Shown here: piece after piece, positions 1-13,000 of the stretch
Layout of the letters: each line of letters starts with the position of its first letter
Numbering within the stretch: position 1 is the first letter of the stretch
Source: Callorhinchus milii
Taxonomy: Eukaryota
Assembly (NCBI RefSeq): GCF_018977255.1
Contig: NW_024704742.1
Span: forward strand, 76,820,001-76,884,000
Direction of reading: 5' to 3'
DNA length: 64,000 nucleotides
Translations under genes and position numbers: made by a program
The notes under the pieces: model-generated
The model's input: only the letters and a program-made list of their open reading frames with translations
Database searches by the model: none
Told to the model about the DNA's origin: nothing

Positions 1-35
1 GCGCTATATCAAATGCAAGGGTTATTATTATTATC

Positions 36-800
36 CTGATGCAGCCATCAAGCTGCTGAATGACCGTCTCTCCAATTCCCTGGCTCCCCCAAAGTCCAGG
101 GCTGTTTACAAACCCACCAACTCCCACTGGTACAACAGTCATCCCCGCTCACTCAAAATAAACACATGGCAGAAATCCAGCCTCACGATTCACCGCCATA
201 TATATGCGGATGACACAAATCTACTTTGCTTCCTCCAGTACCAACTCCAGGTCCGCCAATGTTCTATTAACTTGTCTGGCAGACATCAGGGCCTGGATGA
301 GTGTAAACTTCCTGCAGCTGAATATGCACAAGATGGAAGCCATACTTGGTTCCCGTCAACATCTTCACTCCTACGAATCTAAACTCCTCAACCTCTCTAG
401 GCTCTCCCTCAGACTCACCGAACCAGTGCACAACGTAGATGTCTGGTTTGACCCCCAACTGTCCTTCCTCTCCCACATCCAGTCCCTGAATAGGACTGTT
501 TTTTTTCACCTGTGCCACATTGCCTGCCTCCTACCTTACCTTACTCCAAATGCAGCTGAAACCCTCTTGCATGTGTTTGTCACCTCCCGTCTGGCTTACT
601 CCCACCACCTTGCCAGTCTCCCCAGCTCCACCGTTCACAAGATCCAGCTCATTCAGAACTCCAGCCCACATACTGACCCGGACCCACATCTCATCAGTTC
701 TGGCCAGGCTCCACTGGTTCCCCATCGCTGAATGGATTGACTTGAAGATCTTCACTCTCGTGTTCAAATCCATTCACTTCCTGGCACCTCCCTACCGTTC
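36..800 (+). mobile_element. L2-clade LINE fragment, internally deleted
   Basis: YADD (tatgcggatgac), WMSVNFLQLN and LHWFPI. 36-200 matches the L2 linker at 16150-16335 and is joined directly to YADD. Confidence 0.9.
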
Positions 801-1424
801 CTCTTCTGTGGCTTTCATGTCAGGCTATCCCAAAGTGCTTCACTGGATCTACTGTTGTGGATTAGTCATTCACTTTATTTGTGGGCAAACACAGCAAATT
901 TTGCGTAAGGTAAGTCCCACAAACAACCTTGAAGTGAATGACCAATTTTAATCTATGGGATTGTGCCTTTACCATCCACTTGAACAGGCTACTAAGTAGG
1001 TACTGCCTTGTTTGAATGTTTCTTTAGCAAAACGTGAAGCCTTGATAATCAATTTCTGTGACCAGCAAACAAATAATACTCAACTTCATTCACATTTGAG
1101 CTCAGTCTGACTGAATAACCTTTGAGATACTGTATTCAACTTTTATTGGCACTGTATATTGTCCAGTCTAAGGTTTAAATACTTAAATTGCTACATTATC
1201 TGAGATTTTAAAGTTAACTGTTTAATCACAAGCTTAATTTTCAATAAAAGGGTGGTTGGCATGTGGAAGAAAATGACCAGCACAGATGGTAAGAGCAAGG
1301 GTTTCAAATGGAAGCTGGACAAATTCTGAAAATTGATTCAGGGCTAGTAGAATGATATAGATACAGCCATACTTTTAGGAATATTGTTGGGACAGTTAGA
1401 TTAGTGAAGGAAAACTATTTGAGC

Positions 1425-1735
1425 CAGGACAGTGTTGCATTACCAGAGGTACTATCCTTTGAGACGTTAAACCAAGGTCCTGTCTGCCTGTTCAGGTGGA
1501 TGGATGTTGAAGATCCTATGGCACTATTTGAAAAGAAGGGATACCCAGTGTCCTGGCCAATAATTCCCCAAATAAAATTCGGCATTCATTTCATGGCTGT
1601 TTGTGAGATATTGCTGTCTAAAAAAAATTGGTGTCTGGTTTCACTTACAAAATAATCACTGCGCTTTACCAGTATATCTTGTAAAGCACTGAGTGTCCTG
1701 ATGATGTTTGGGATTATGCCAAATGTAAGTTATCT
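1425..1735 (+). mobile_element. Deu-domain SINE family B fragment
   Basis: gagacgttaaaccaaggtcctgtctgcctgttcaggtgga...gaagatcctatggcactatttgaaa. Confidence 0.78.
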
Positions 1736-2207
1736 GAAGGATGCCTCCCATCATTACTGCACTCTCCCAGTACTGAACTGAGTATCAGCTCGGCTGGTGG
1801 CTAATCTAGCTAAATCTGTGTTGGAGCAGTGTCTTGTTTCCAGTAGCTACTGAGTAGCGATTTTATGTTGAGTGAGGCTATGATCTCATCTACTAACAGC
1901 ACTGAAACCCACCTTCTTTTGAGAAAGAGCCAAGAATGAATGCTGCCAAGTTTCCATCTTAAACTTAATGAAGAAAAGCTCTACTGCCACTCATATGACC
2001 CTCCCAATACAGTATCTCTATAAGTTAGTAGAAGGGAGTTGTTTTAACATTCCACAGCATATTTGGATTGTACAAGTGGTATAGCTAATAAACAAATCTT
2101 TGTATAAATGTTTTGTATAAAAGTACAATTAAGGCTTTTGAAAAAATTATTTAGTAAGTTTTACTGCAGTTAAAGTACAATTCAAACAACATCATGAAGA
2201 TCAAGTT

Positions 2208-2528
2208 ATAATAATAATAATAATCCTTGCATTTGATATAGCACTTTTCACGTCAGGAGGACGTCCCAAAGCGCTTCACAGCACATACTGTAAAGTGAAT
2301 TGACTGTATATTTGTGGGCGAACGCGGCAGCCAATTGCACACAGCAATGTCCCACAAACAGTCGTAGATTGAAAATGACCAATTTAATTATTGTTTTTGG
2401 TTTTGGAGGGATTATTATTAGGTGTGTGGAGTAAGGAAACTTGCCCAAGGTTTCGTCCTGTGCCTGGAATTGAACTCAGGTCTCTCGCTTGCAAAGCGAG
2501 TGCTCTAACCACTGAGCTACAGGACTCC
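2208..2528 (-). mobile_element. SINE family A, short form
   Basis: Near-identical reverse complement of 62829-63151. Confidence 0.93.
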
Positions 2529-3901
2529 ACAAGTACAATAAGTTGTACTTATTACATTTGTTGACTGCCATCCATCTTACTGAATTATACTCTGGGTTAT
2601 TATATAACTTTAGTTATGCCACTGTGGCCTTAAACGATGGGAATAGTTGCGAGTATTCACACAAAGATGAGTATAATGTCCTTTCACATAATTTTAATGA
2701 ATTTCAGCAGTGGAGATAAATATGTCATTACAATCTTAGAAATTATACTATGAATCAGTATAAATATACTATTTTTCCAAGGCAGTGAGACCTGGGGACT
2801 GAGCAGGTTTGTAATACTGATCTACCACCACTAGATGGTTCTACAATGCCTACATTTGAGTTTATGCAACGTGAGTTTGGTTGGTAACAATGGCAATATT
2901 TAACTCCATCTTTCCAATATCTGAAGAAGCCACAGCTTCTTGGGAGTTTTTTTATTAAAAAAGTTATACTATGTCCAAAATCTTCAGCTTCATTTAACTT
3001 ATTCATTTCTTATATCACAGTGGGAATAAGGTTAAGTATGAAGGCACATGTTGCATTAACCTGGACAGTAGGCATCCTGCAATCCAGCCATCAGTTAATT
3101 TACTGGAACACAGGGGGATCCAACCTATTCATGTTTGAAGGACCGAGGATCTGTTTGCACCTCCTCCAAGTCCCACCATTGAGCCAGACAGACTGGTCAA
3201 CCAATAATAGCTTGGATTACTGCAGGCCCAATTATCACCTCAGAGGTCAGTTCAACGCCTGAGGGCACTTTACCCCCTCCACCCCTCCAAAAGATGATAT
3301 TTTTAAGACATGGTACTTATTTCTCAACATTGAAATTCAAAGAGTGAGGGCTGAATTCCTCATCTATACCATGTGAGCAACCCACCTTTGTACAAAAGAA
3401 CAGGTGAAATGTCTGTTTCATCTGTGGAGGAGTTGGTGCAGTATTTGACTGACTGCCATAAGATCCGACTTTTATAGCCCAAAGTCAACCAAATACAAAG
3501 CCCACAGTAGCCCAACAGTCTGCATTGCTTACTATGGATAGCAGAGTGGCCAATTTAGGTAAGGGTTTTTGAAACTGTAAGAAAAGGTCTCCATACAGAA
3601 AAAAAAACATTTTGCCGCTTTAAATTAAAAATTAGGCACCCGCCCAAAGACGTTTTTTCCCCGTCCAGTACAATAAAAACACGCTCAACTGGGAGTGAAC
3701 AACAAGTCTGACAACATTGCTGATGACAGATACTAGTTCCAAAGCTAGTCTGACCGGCCTCAAATTACACTGCCGTGGCCACTTTTTGCCTTGCATTTAA
3801 AGCAGGGCCAAAAACAGATGCTTCTGATAAAATTATGGAACAGATATTCAGAATTCAGCACTCAACAGAAAATATTAAAATATAGACTCTTAACATAGCT
3901 C

Positions 3902-4049
3902 TTAATTAAACATTCCTGGATCAACATAGGGATATGCTAAGAATTCTCCCATTTTATTCCCATCAGTGTCATAGTGAAGCATCTTGAAGCAAACATTGCA
4001 AAAGTAGGATGGATCATCTGGGGCAAAAGAATCATTGTTCGTCACCCAC
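3902..4049 (-). CDS. SNAPC3: SNAPC3 exon 9, terminal coding part (148 nt incl. [51 protein letters not shown])
   Basis: Acceptor tttag|, second CxxC, stop TAA at 3904-3902. Confidence 0.97.
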
Positions 4050-7000
4050 CTAAAGAGAAAAAAAGTGTTTTTACTATTTATTTCCTCCTCTCCACCGGGA
4101 AAACGCTACAGAACGTGGTCAACAAAATATATTATGATACAGAATATTACTTACCTAACTATATATAACTTGCAGACAGAGCACTTTCGTGTCCGAAACC
4201 AGGGTTTTCTGATTACACAAGGGTACAATGTTTTATCTAGGCAGTCATCACGATGCGCAAGTCTATCAAAGAAAATAATTAACAGGACAGTATCAGTGCT
4301 TAGTTCAGTTTGGTTCTTCATGCAAGAATTGTAAGGATATTATTTGAGGACAATGGGGACACCAACCACAACAAATTTATATAATAGCTTTCAGGTTAGG
4401 ATGACTCCTCAAAGCACTTCGGACAACTGACTGGGAGCCTGAGCTTTGGAGAGGAGGGTAAAATGGCTGAAAGTGAAAGTACTTTAGGTGGTTGTTGAAG
4501 GCATGGATGAATGTGTGCTGATTGGAAGGAGTGGCAAGGATAGTAAAGTTGCTGGGTCGCGGAGGTAAGGTGGAGAAAAGCTATGGTGGCATTTGAAAGT
4601 AAAGACTAAAATCTTGAATTTGATTTGCTGAGGCTAGTGCATCAGTGGAGTTAAGCGAGCTCATAGCCTGGTGGGAAATGATGACACAAGCTGCAAAATT
4701 CTGGATGGTCCACACCTTGTGTCAGGAGCTGGGAATCTTGTGAGGACAGTCAAATAATCATGCCTAGAAGTGTTGAAAAGTGAGGGTCTCACCAGCCTGG
4801 GGAGAGGTAGTGGTGTACGACATTGTGGAGGCGAGGAGAGCTTGTGAGATTTGAAGGGGGTAAGGTTTGAAGGATAGTTGGAAGGGGGAGGAACAAGACA
4901 TAGGTGTCCAACACTGGCTCCACAAGTAAGCATCACATAAATACTTTTGCATATGTAGGTCTCTTAATTATTGCACAATTAAGAAATACAGTCAAACCTC
5001 TCTTCAATAATCTCAGGGAACTGGGCTAAAGTGACCTTTATATAAGGGTGGCAAATGTCAAGTTCATTAGTGTGCGAAACAGGCTGACCCAGGGTGGTTG
5101 TGAACAGGGGGTGGTGCTTCAACAGATTCGACTGTTCACAGCTGCCCATACTTCAGTTTGGAAGTAATCAGATAATAATAATAATAATAATCCTTGCATT
5201 TGATATAGTGCTTTTCACATCTTCTAGACGCCTCAAAGCGCTTCACAGAATAGACTGTAAAGTGAATGGACTGTATATTAGTGGGCGAAATCAGGCAGCC
5301 AATTGCGCACAGCAGAGTCCCACAAACAATCGTGGATTGAAAGGACCAATTTTTTTTTGAGGGATTATTATCAGGCGTATGCAGTAAGGAAACTTACCCA
5401 AGTTTCACCCTGCCGGGAATCGAACCCAGGTCTCTCACTTGCAAATCGAGTGCTCTAACCACTGAGCTACAGGACTCCACATGCAGTTGATTATCTAAAT
5501 GCCTTTTAAAATTGTCCTGGTGTGCCTACTTATGAGCAACTGGAATTCACTGTTAGCAAGGTGCATTACATTACCTGATGTCTGTAATGATGATAAGGTG
5601 TTCACAGTCTCCCTGGTGACAATACAAATAGGGACACCCAATTTTAATCCACATATCGTTGAACGTGCGGTCCTCCATCTTGGCCATTTTAAAGTTCCCA
5701 TATCCTCGATCATGGGATTCTGCCCATTCAGTGATTGTTCTAAAGGAGAACATACCGAGCTATCAGAAGGCAGTGCTGTACTCAGCAGGAATTACTCTGC
5801 ATCAGTAAATCAGATTGGAGCAGCTTGGAACCGTATGCAAAGCCATTTATGTTTAAATGGAAGAAATGTGCATTGGCCAGTGAGTTATTGCAACCAGTCA
5901 TTATATAACATAAGAAATGCTAGATGAAAAAAGACCAAGGTCCTCTAGTTCGCTTTCCACCTTCCTGGTGGTCGCATGCACATATGTCCCAAACTATATC
6001 CCATTATGTTATTTTCTAAAAGAAAACTATCTAACCTGTGATTGAAAGAATCAACACTTCCTGTTTCAACCGTCTCCCTAGGGAGCCTGTTCCACAGGTT
6101 CACTGTTCACTCACTTGAAATAGTGTTTGTGTAGAATTGTTCTGAATTTACCCCCCTTCAATCACAGGCAGTATCCTCTGGTTTTACTATTCTGGACAAA
6201 TTGGAACAGCCTGTCATGATCTATATTGCCTAGCTGCTTTATTTAAGTTGATTTAATTATTTTTCTAAACTAATTTTCTCCCCTCACCACCTAATGACAA
6301 ACCGATTCCTATATTGAGAAGGCTGTTAGCAGGATATTTAACCAAGAAGAAATGGCATCATATTCAAGCACAACATGATCCTCAACCAATGGACAACCAG
6401 CTTTCTCCAAGGTTTCTGCACAGCTACCAGAAGCAGCAGCTCATTGATTTTCTCTTCCTAATAATGGAGCACTGCGGCCATCAGCCAGTTCAGACAGAAA
6501 TTCAACCTGTAACCCTATGGTCTTTACGACACGGTGCATTCATCCACTAGGCACAATGAAGTTAATTCGTATCTACTGGCTCACTTATGAAGTTTACAAA
6601 TGTGGCCACAGGTGAGGCCATATTTATGCTTTTTTAAATGATCAGCAACATCCTTATCTGTGACAATTCTGTAAAATTAAAAAGACGGCAGTAATACAAA
6701 ATCACTGCTAATCAGCAAATACCATACATTGTGGAGAAGCTATTTTTGTTTTTTTCCAAATATTCTCAAAAATTTAATACGCAAGATTATTTTATAAATA
6801 CCCTTTGAGAATAAGGAAGACCTGATGCATCGAGTAAAATATCCTGGAAGAATGTGCACGTATCAGTACTCTCCTCAGGAGATCCGACAAGTTCTTTCTG
6901 CTGGAAATGTTAACCGTCTTTTCTCTTTCAGTTGAAAACTGATCTTCAGCATATGATTTTTTATTTCTGATGGCACACTTTCCTAAGCAACTTTAAGAGA

Positions 7001-10000
7001 TGTAAATTAATTTCTGTTCAATGTAGACAACTACCCAGATTTTAGTATTAAACAGGCAGCTACACTTTAATGAAAGGAGATCTAACCAAAATCCCTGTGG
7101 AGTACAAAACTTACTGTGATCAGAGAATAATGGGATGTCTGTTACATGAAATGTAAATACACCTCAATACAGCAGAAGTATCCAATCAGCAGTGTTTTTG
7201 GTTAAGGTACACTGGTAGCACAGCTTGAGGGCATCAATCCACATCCAGTCAGATGTTGGCATATCAAATATTTTCCACAATGAGAATTCCCAAATTTACC
7301 TGAAAACCCAACTGGCCTAAGATTAAACCTGTTTCAATTACTTTATTAAGACAGACATGCCAACAAGTTGTTCCACGCTTAAAGGTAAAATTATCACATA
7401 AATACCGAGCACATTACTCTTCAAGCAAATGGGTCCATAAAGAGTGCTGGAAAGGCATTCATGAATAACCCATTCTATGACTGAGTTCTCCACTGTACCT
7501 GCTCAGATTTCTGCACTCTGGGTATCTCATATCATTATAGAAGGTATCTTCAAAGAAGAAAAAAGCAGACTTGTATAAATCCTACCAGAAAAGGGGGAAA
7601 CATGATATTTATTAGTCTTATTTATTAATTTTTAATTCAATACAAACAGCAGGCAGTAAAGTTTTCACCAGCTAAATGCAGATCTTCTCAATACATCATT
7701 ACAAGTTCTGGTTATTGTGAAGCCACCTGATCTCTCTCCCCTGTGAATTACATCACAATTTATAACTTTGCTAAAATTGCTGTTTGCATTTATTGGCAAT
7801 GAATTTTGTTCATAGAATTGTAAACGCAAAATATTTTAAGAATAATCCTTGCCTTTGATAAAGCGCCTTATCATGTCTTCGAGACGTCTCAAAGCGCTTC
7901 ACAAAATATACTGTAAAGTGAATGTATATTTTGTGGGCGAAACACAGCAACTAATTGTGCACAGCAATGTCCCACAAACAGCCATGGATTGAGTGACCAA
8001 ATTATTTTTTAACAAAGGCGTGTGGAATAAGGAAATTTGCCTAATGTTTCACCCTGCCCAGGAATTGAACCCAGGTCCTCTTGCTTGTGAGGAGAGTGCT
8101 CTAAACACTGAGCTAAAGGATTCCATATTGTTTAAAATAAACAGCAGAATAGATAAACAGAATAACCTGATACTTCTAGAAGTACAGGTTAAGACCTAAA
8201 TAAAAGTTACTACCAGAAGTAATAATCTGTAAAAAGACATGTTTACAATTATTGTATAACACAGCTTTTGTAGCTTTCTGTGACTCCATAGAGGTCTGTC
8301 AACTCAAATTTCGTAAAGTGATTATTATATGTTCCACTTCATAAAATATTCAGTACTTTTTGTAAACAAAATAAACCGTCAATAGATGTACAATCCTTGT
8401 ATCTATCAGATGTCACATTGGAAAAACACCTCCGCTTTGCCAATCTATTCCATGACTTAGACAGGGGTTTGCACAGGAAACATAAATGTTCTTTACTGCT
8501 TTCTGCTTCTACAGGATACCTTGCGTCTCTTTACCAAATACACTCAAGACAATCCTCCACAGTGATTGTGTTATAAACGATTTTGTTCTTCACTTTTTAT
8601 AACAAGTATCACAGCTTATTATTCTCTTCACAGATAAACTAAACATATTGTTGCATCTTTGTAACTGAGTTTACTGCTGATCAGCGTAATGGTTTACGAA
8701 AAAAAAGGAAAAATCCCAATATTGAAGGTGTATCTTGATGCCGAGGCATGGCTGCAAACAAAACGTACCTTGCTGACATGTTCAGGAGCTAGGTCTGGAG
8801 TACTACTGAATTCTCCACCAATCTGAAGATCACTAACGCACTTGATGGCATCCCTCAGATCAGTCAGTTTCTGACTGCCCAACACCAGCATGGTTAGGTA
8901 GGGCTTTACTTCTTTATGCTGCCAGAAAATAAGGTCAACATTTCAATCATAATTTTTTGAACACAATCCACTCACTATTTCATCTATATAATAATTCTTG
9001 CATTTAATATAGCGCCTTATATTGTTGAGAAGTCTCAAAGCGCTTCACAGAATATACTGTAAAGTTTACAAAACGCAGCGGACAATTATGCAGACCAGTG
9101 TCCCACAAACAATCATGGATTGAGTGACCAAATTATTATATTTTGTATTTTTTTGAAGGGATTATTATCCCCAGAAAGTGATCCGCCAATCGACTAACAA
9201 CTGGGTTCCTACTTACTGTTAGGTAAACAGAGGCGTGTGGAGTAAGGAAACTTGTCTAAGGTTTCACCCTACCCAAGAATTGAAACCGGGTCCTCTTGCT
9301 TGCAATGAGAGCGCCACTATGCAACAGGACTCCGATCCATATACACATGGATTTGTAAAGAATTGGTAGCTTAGGTTTCAGCAACTACTTAACCATTTCA
9401 ATTTGAACAGCATTTCAGGCCAAAATAGTACTGCTGCTATTGATTTAGTTCAGGGGCAGAGGTAGGCTGAAAGAAAATTACCAGCATCAGAAAATAAATC
9501 CTTGAGCAATGTTTTCTAAAATCTATTCAGGAACATATTCAAATACACCTCGATGGTAAAAGAAAACTTGAACTAAATGCTGAAGTAAATTAATCATGCA
9601 ATAGTAAATCAGTACTAAACTGTCAAATAGTAATTTCAACTTCTTTTAAAAAAGTGATTAAATAATGGCAATTAACATATCAAAATGTAAGTTAGAATGA
9701 TACTGGTATTCAGATAACCAACAAAGCCACTGCAAACTGTAATTTAGTCGGGAAATTCACTTACTAAGAAAGTCCTGTCAATTACCAATGACTGGTGCAG
9801 AAGGTTCTATAGATTATCAGGAAATATGAATGTATTTTCTCCAATTATAAAGTTATCTTTAATCCACTGACATTCTCGCTATACTGCATACCTCTATGAC
9901 TTTCTGCAGCCTCTTCTGTTCACTCACTCCACTTGCCAGCTACCCACCATCTGCCTCATCACCTGCTTTCAGCCACTATGCCTCACCTCTGCGACTTGCA

Positions 10001-13000
10001 CCCTAAACCTCTCCATCTCACCCCAGCTGTCTTCAAAAGCCTACTTATGTATGCCTGCAGGGACCGCTCCAATTACATCTCTGTATAGCATTCTGAGACA
10101 TTACTCTCTGTGAAGGGTACAATATTAATACAAGTTATTGTCTCCATTCATTCATTTAATTTAATTTCTCTGCTGCCACAATTCTGAAAATGAGGAAATG
10201 TTAAAGAGAGTAGCAATGCAAATGGAAATCCATATAAATTCAGCTCAATGGTTGATGCTGTGCTTGTATCCTCAATTACGTTCTCTTTTTGTACTGCAGA
10301 ATGCTGTGAAACTGCTGGTTTGACTCTGATGCAAAAAAACCATTTTAGTTAGGTGCATGCATATTACTTTTCTAGGAATGTAATTTAGCTGGACTTTTCA
10401 GAACCAGCATAACAGAATTATGAACCAGCAGTATGAGAGTAACTGTTTATAAGGGTCAAAGAGCAAGATAAAAGAAAATCAGAAAACGAGAGAGAGAGAG
10501 AGAGATACAAAAAGAAAGTTGCAAACAGAAAGACACTGAGAAAAATAGAATCAAGAGTCAGGTAGAAAGAAAGAGAAAATGAGAGAAAATCAGAGAGTGA
10601 TATTATCAATAAAGTATAGCTCCTGATGGAAGATGATTTTGGTTAGCACTGTGGTCTATTTGCATTTTGCACGATGTTGAAATACTGTACAATTTCAACT
10701 AAGCTCCAGGAGGACTCTCACCAAAGCCCAAAATTGGCCAGAATTCAACACTATAGGAATTATGTACAACAGAGGGTGTTGCACTGATGAGATCTCAATG
10801 TTAAGGCACAATAAATGAGGAAGTTTACCCTGCCAACAACCTCGCACATTGATGTGGCGGTTAAGATCCACAGAATCCCATTCCAGGCGATAACGAGACA
10901 CAATTGCTGACTTTACTCCATGTGGCCTTAACTTTAAGGCCTCATCAGTGCAACATAATAGTGTTATCATAGTGTTAGTGTAATAGTAGTGTTGTTGAAC
11001 TATGGCCAATTTCAAGATGCTCACACTCACCTGCAAAATCACTTCATGCCCTAGCACCTACCTACCTCTCCAACATGCTCCATTTCTCCATAGAGGGCCT
11101 CCATTTCTTTGCTCAGCCAGCTCAGGCTTCCTGCACATCCCGACACCTCATCACCATACCTTTAGGCCCGAACCTCTGCAAGGCAGAGGGCCTCAATCTT
11201 CCTTCTTTCCTCAGCTCAGTATCAAAGTACTCACTCCATTCTTCTGCCCTCTGATACACTTATCCCATGTGAAGGGCACTATATAAATACAAGCTGCTGT
11301 TGTGTTTTAATGGGACTGTATCGAAGCACTCACATAATGCTGCACTTATCCTACCCAGAATATATAGTGAACAGTGTCCAATAATCCTTAAAACTTACCT
11401 TAAAAGCTATAATCGGGAAGTAGACATGAACAGAAAGGATCAGTTCGCCAGGTTGAATAGTGTCTTCTGGTTTACTGGGTTTCCTTCCAACTATGTGCAT
11501 TTCCTGAATTGTGCAAGAACAAATAGCTGCTCAACAAATTGGCGTTCCTTCTGTGACAAAATTGTAAGACATTGTCTAGAAAATTAAAATAAGTTGAATG
11601 TTGTCTGTCTTTCAGATTTAGGATTCTTTAACACATCCCAAATTATTTCCCAAATCCCATTTTGTATCCAAGCGGTAATACCTTGGCATCCTCCTCAATT
11701 TCTTCAGTAATGCTCACTCTAGAAAAGACCAATATTCAAAAAGGGGCCCTTATTGCAGCAACATTTGCTACACACAAGAAGTTGAACACAAAGATGGCAA
11801 TGAATGCCATTCTTTTACAATTATTTGTACTGATATTCAAGAACTGAACATACTATGAGTTTTAATGTAACTGAAATCTCTATAAACACATTTTTCAAAT
11901 TGAACGCATTAACAGACACAAAAAAACAGAAGACTAAGATGCCCAGTGGGCTAATGTCTGGCATCTCCTAATACGTTGACAAATGGGAAAACGTTGCTTC
12001 CAGGAAATAGGTATTTAAATTGAGGGACTGCAAAAAAGAGACTGTGAAAATTCATTTTACATAACTGGTATGCTTATGTAAGCAGATAATCAGAGATATT
12101 CAAATAGAAAACCTTATTTCCAACCTGAAATTAAACTTGAAGATCACTTTAAATTCAAGTAAAACTTACATGCTCATTATCAAACAACTCTTGCCTGGAA
12201 ATTCGATCATAAATTAAACGTTCCTCTCGGCTTTCAATTGCTTTTCGACGAATTCTGTACAAGAAAAACATTAAAAGATGAGTCAATTTACTGCAAACAT
12301 TAATCAGTTATGGTTTTTGTTCAAAACTAAATTTTACTCCATTGTAATTTTTTTTCTTAACCAGAGGATTAACAATTATACTTTTTTTAGAAAAAATTAA
12401 ATATAGAATAAATAGAGGTAGTCACTTCATCACCGATTAAGCAGAGGAAATATTTTCCATCATACAACAACAACAAAATTACATTTGTATAGCGCCTTTC
12501 ACATCAGGAGGACATCCCAAAGCGCTGGACAAATAGAGTTTCAGACCCGAGCTGGGGGTCGGTGTCGGTGCAGGGCGGGAAGCAGGGAGATCGAAAGCAT
12601 GGTCGAAGAGGTGGGTCTTGAGATGGGTCTTGAAGGTGGCAAGGGAGGGAGCGAGGCGGAGGGACTGCGGGATGGAGTTTCAGAGGGTGGGGGCAGAGTG
12701 GCAGAAGGCCTGCCAAAAGTGGGGCGAGAGAGGTGGGGGATGTGAAGCTGGCCCGGTGCCTGCTGAGAGGACAGAGCTAGCAGGATGTAGGGAGTTAGGA
12801 GGTTTCAGAGGTAGAGGGGAGCAAGACCATGGAGGTCTTTGAAGGTGAGAACTGTATCCTCTGTGTGATGGGAAGCCAGTGGAGTCGGACGAGGATGGGG
12901 AAATAGGGTCATAGAGCCTGGCGCAGGAGAGGACACGGGCTGCAGAGTTCTGGATGATCTGCAGCCTAGGGAGGGAGGAGTTGGGGAGGCCGACAACCAA

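Noticed and set aside
900..2200. Possible PSIP1 3'UTR / poly(A) signals (plus-strand AATAAA near 1243 and 2086)
   Set aside because: Expected only from mammalian synteny. No PSIP1 coding sequence is visible, and AATAAA is common in AT-rich DNA.
2900..3901. SNAPC3 3'UTR end (minus-strand AATAAA near 2951-2956)
   Set aside because: Plausible, but it cannot be told apart from chance without transcript data.
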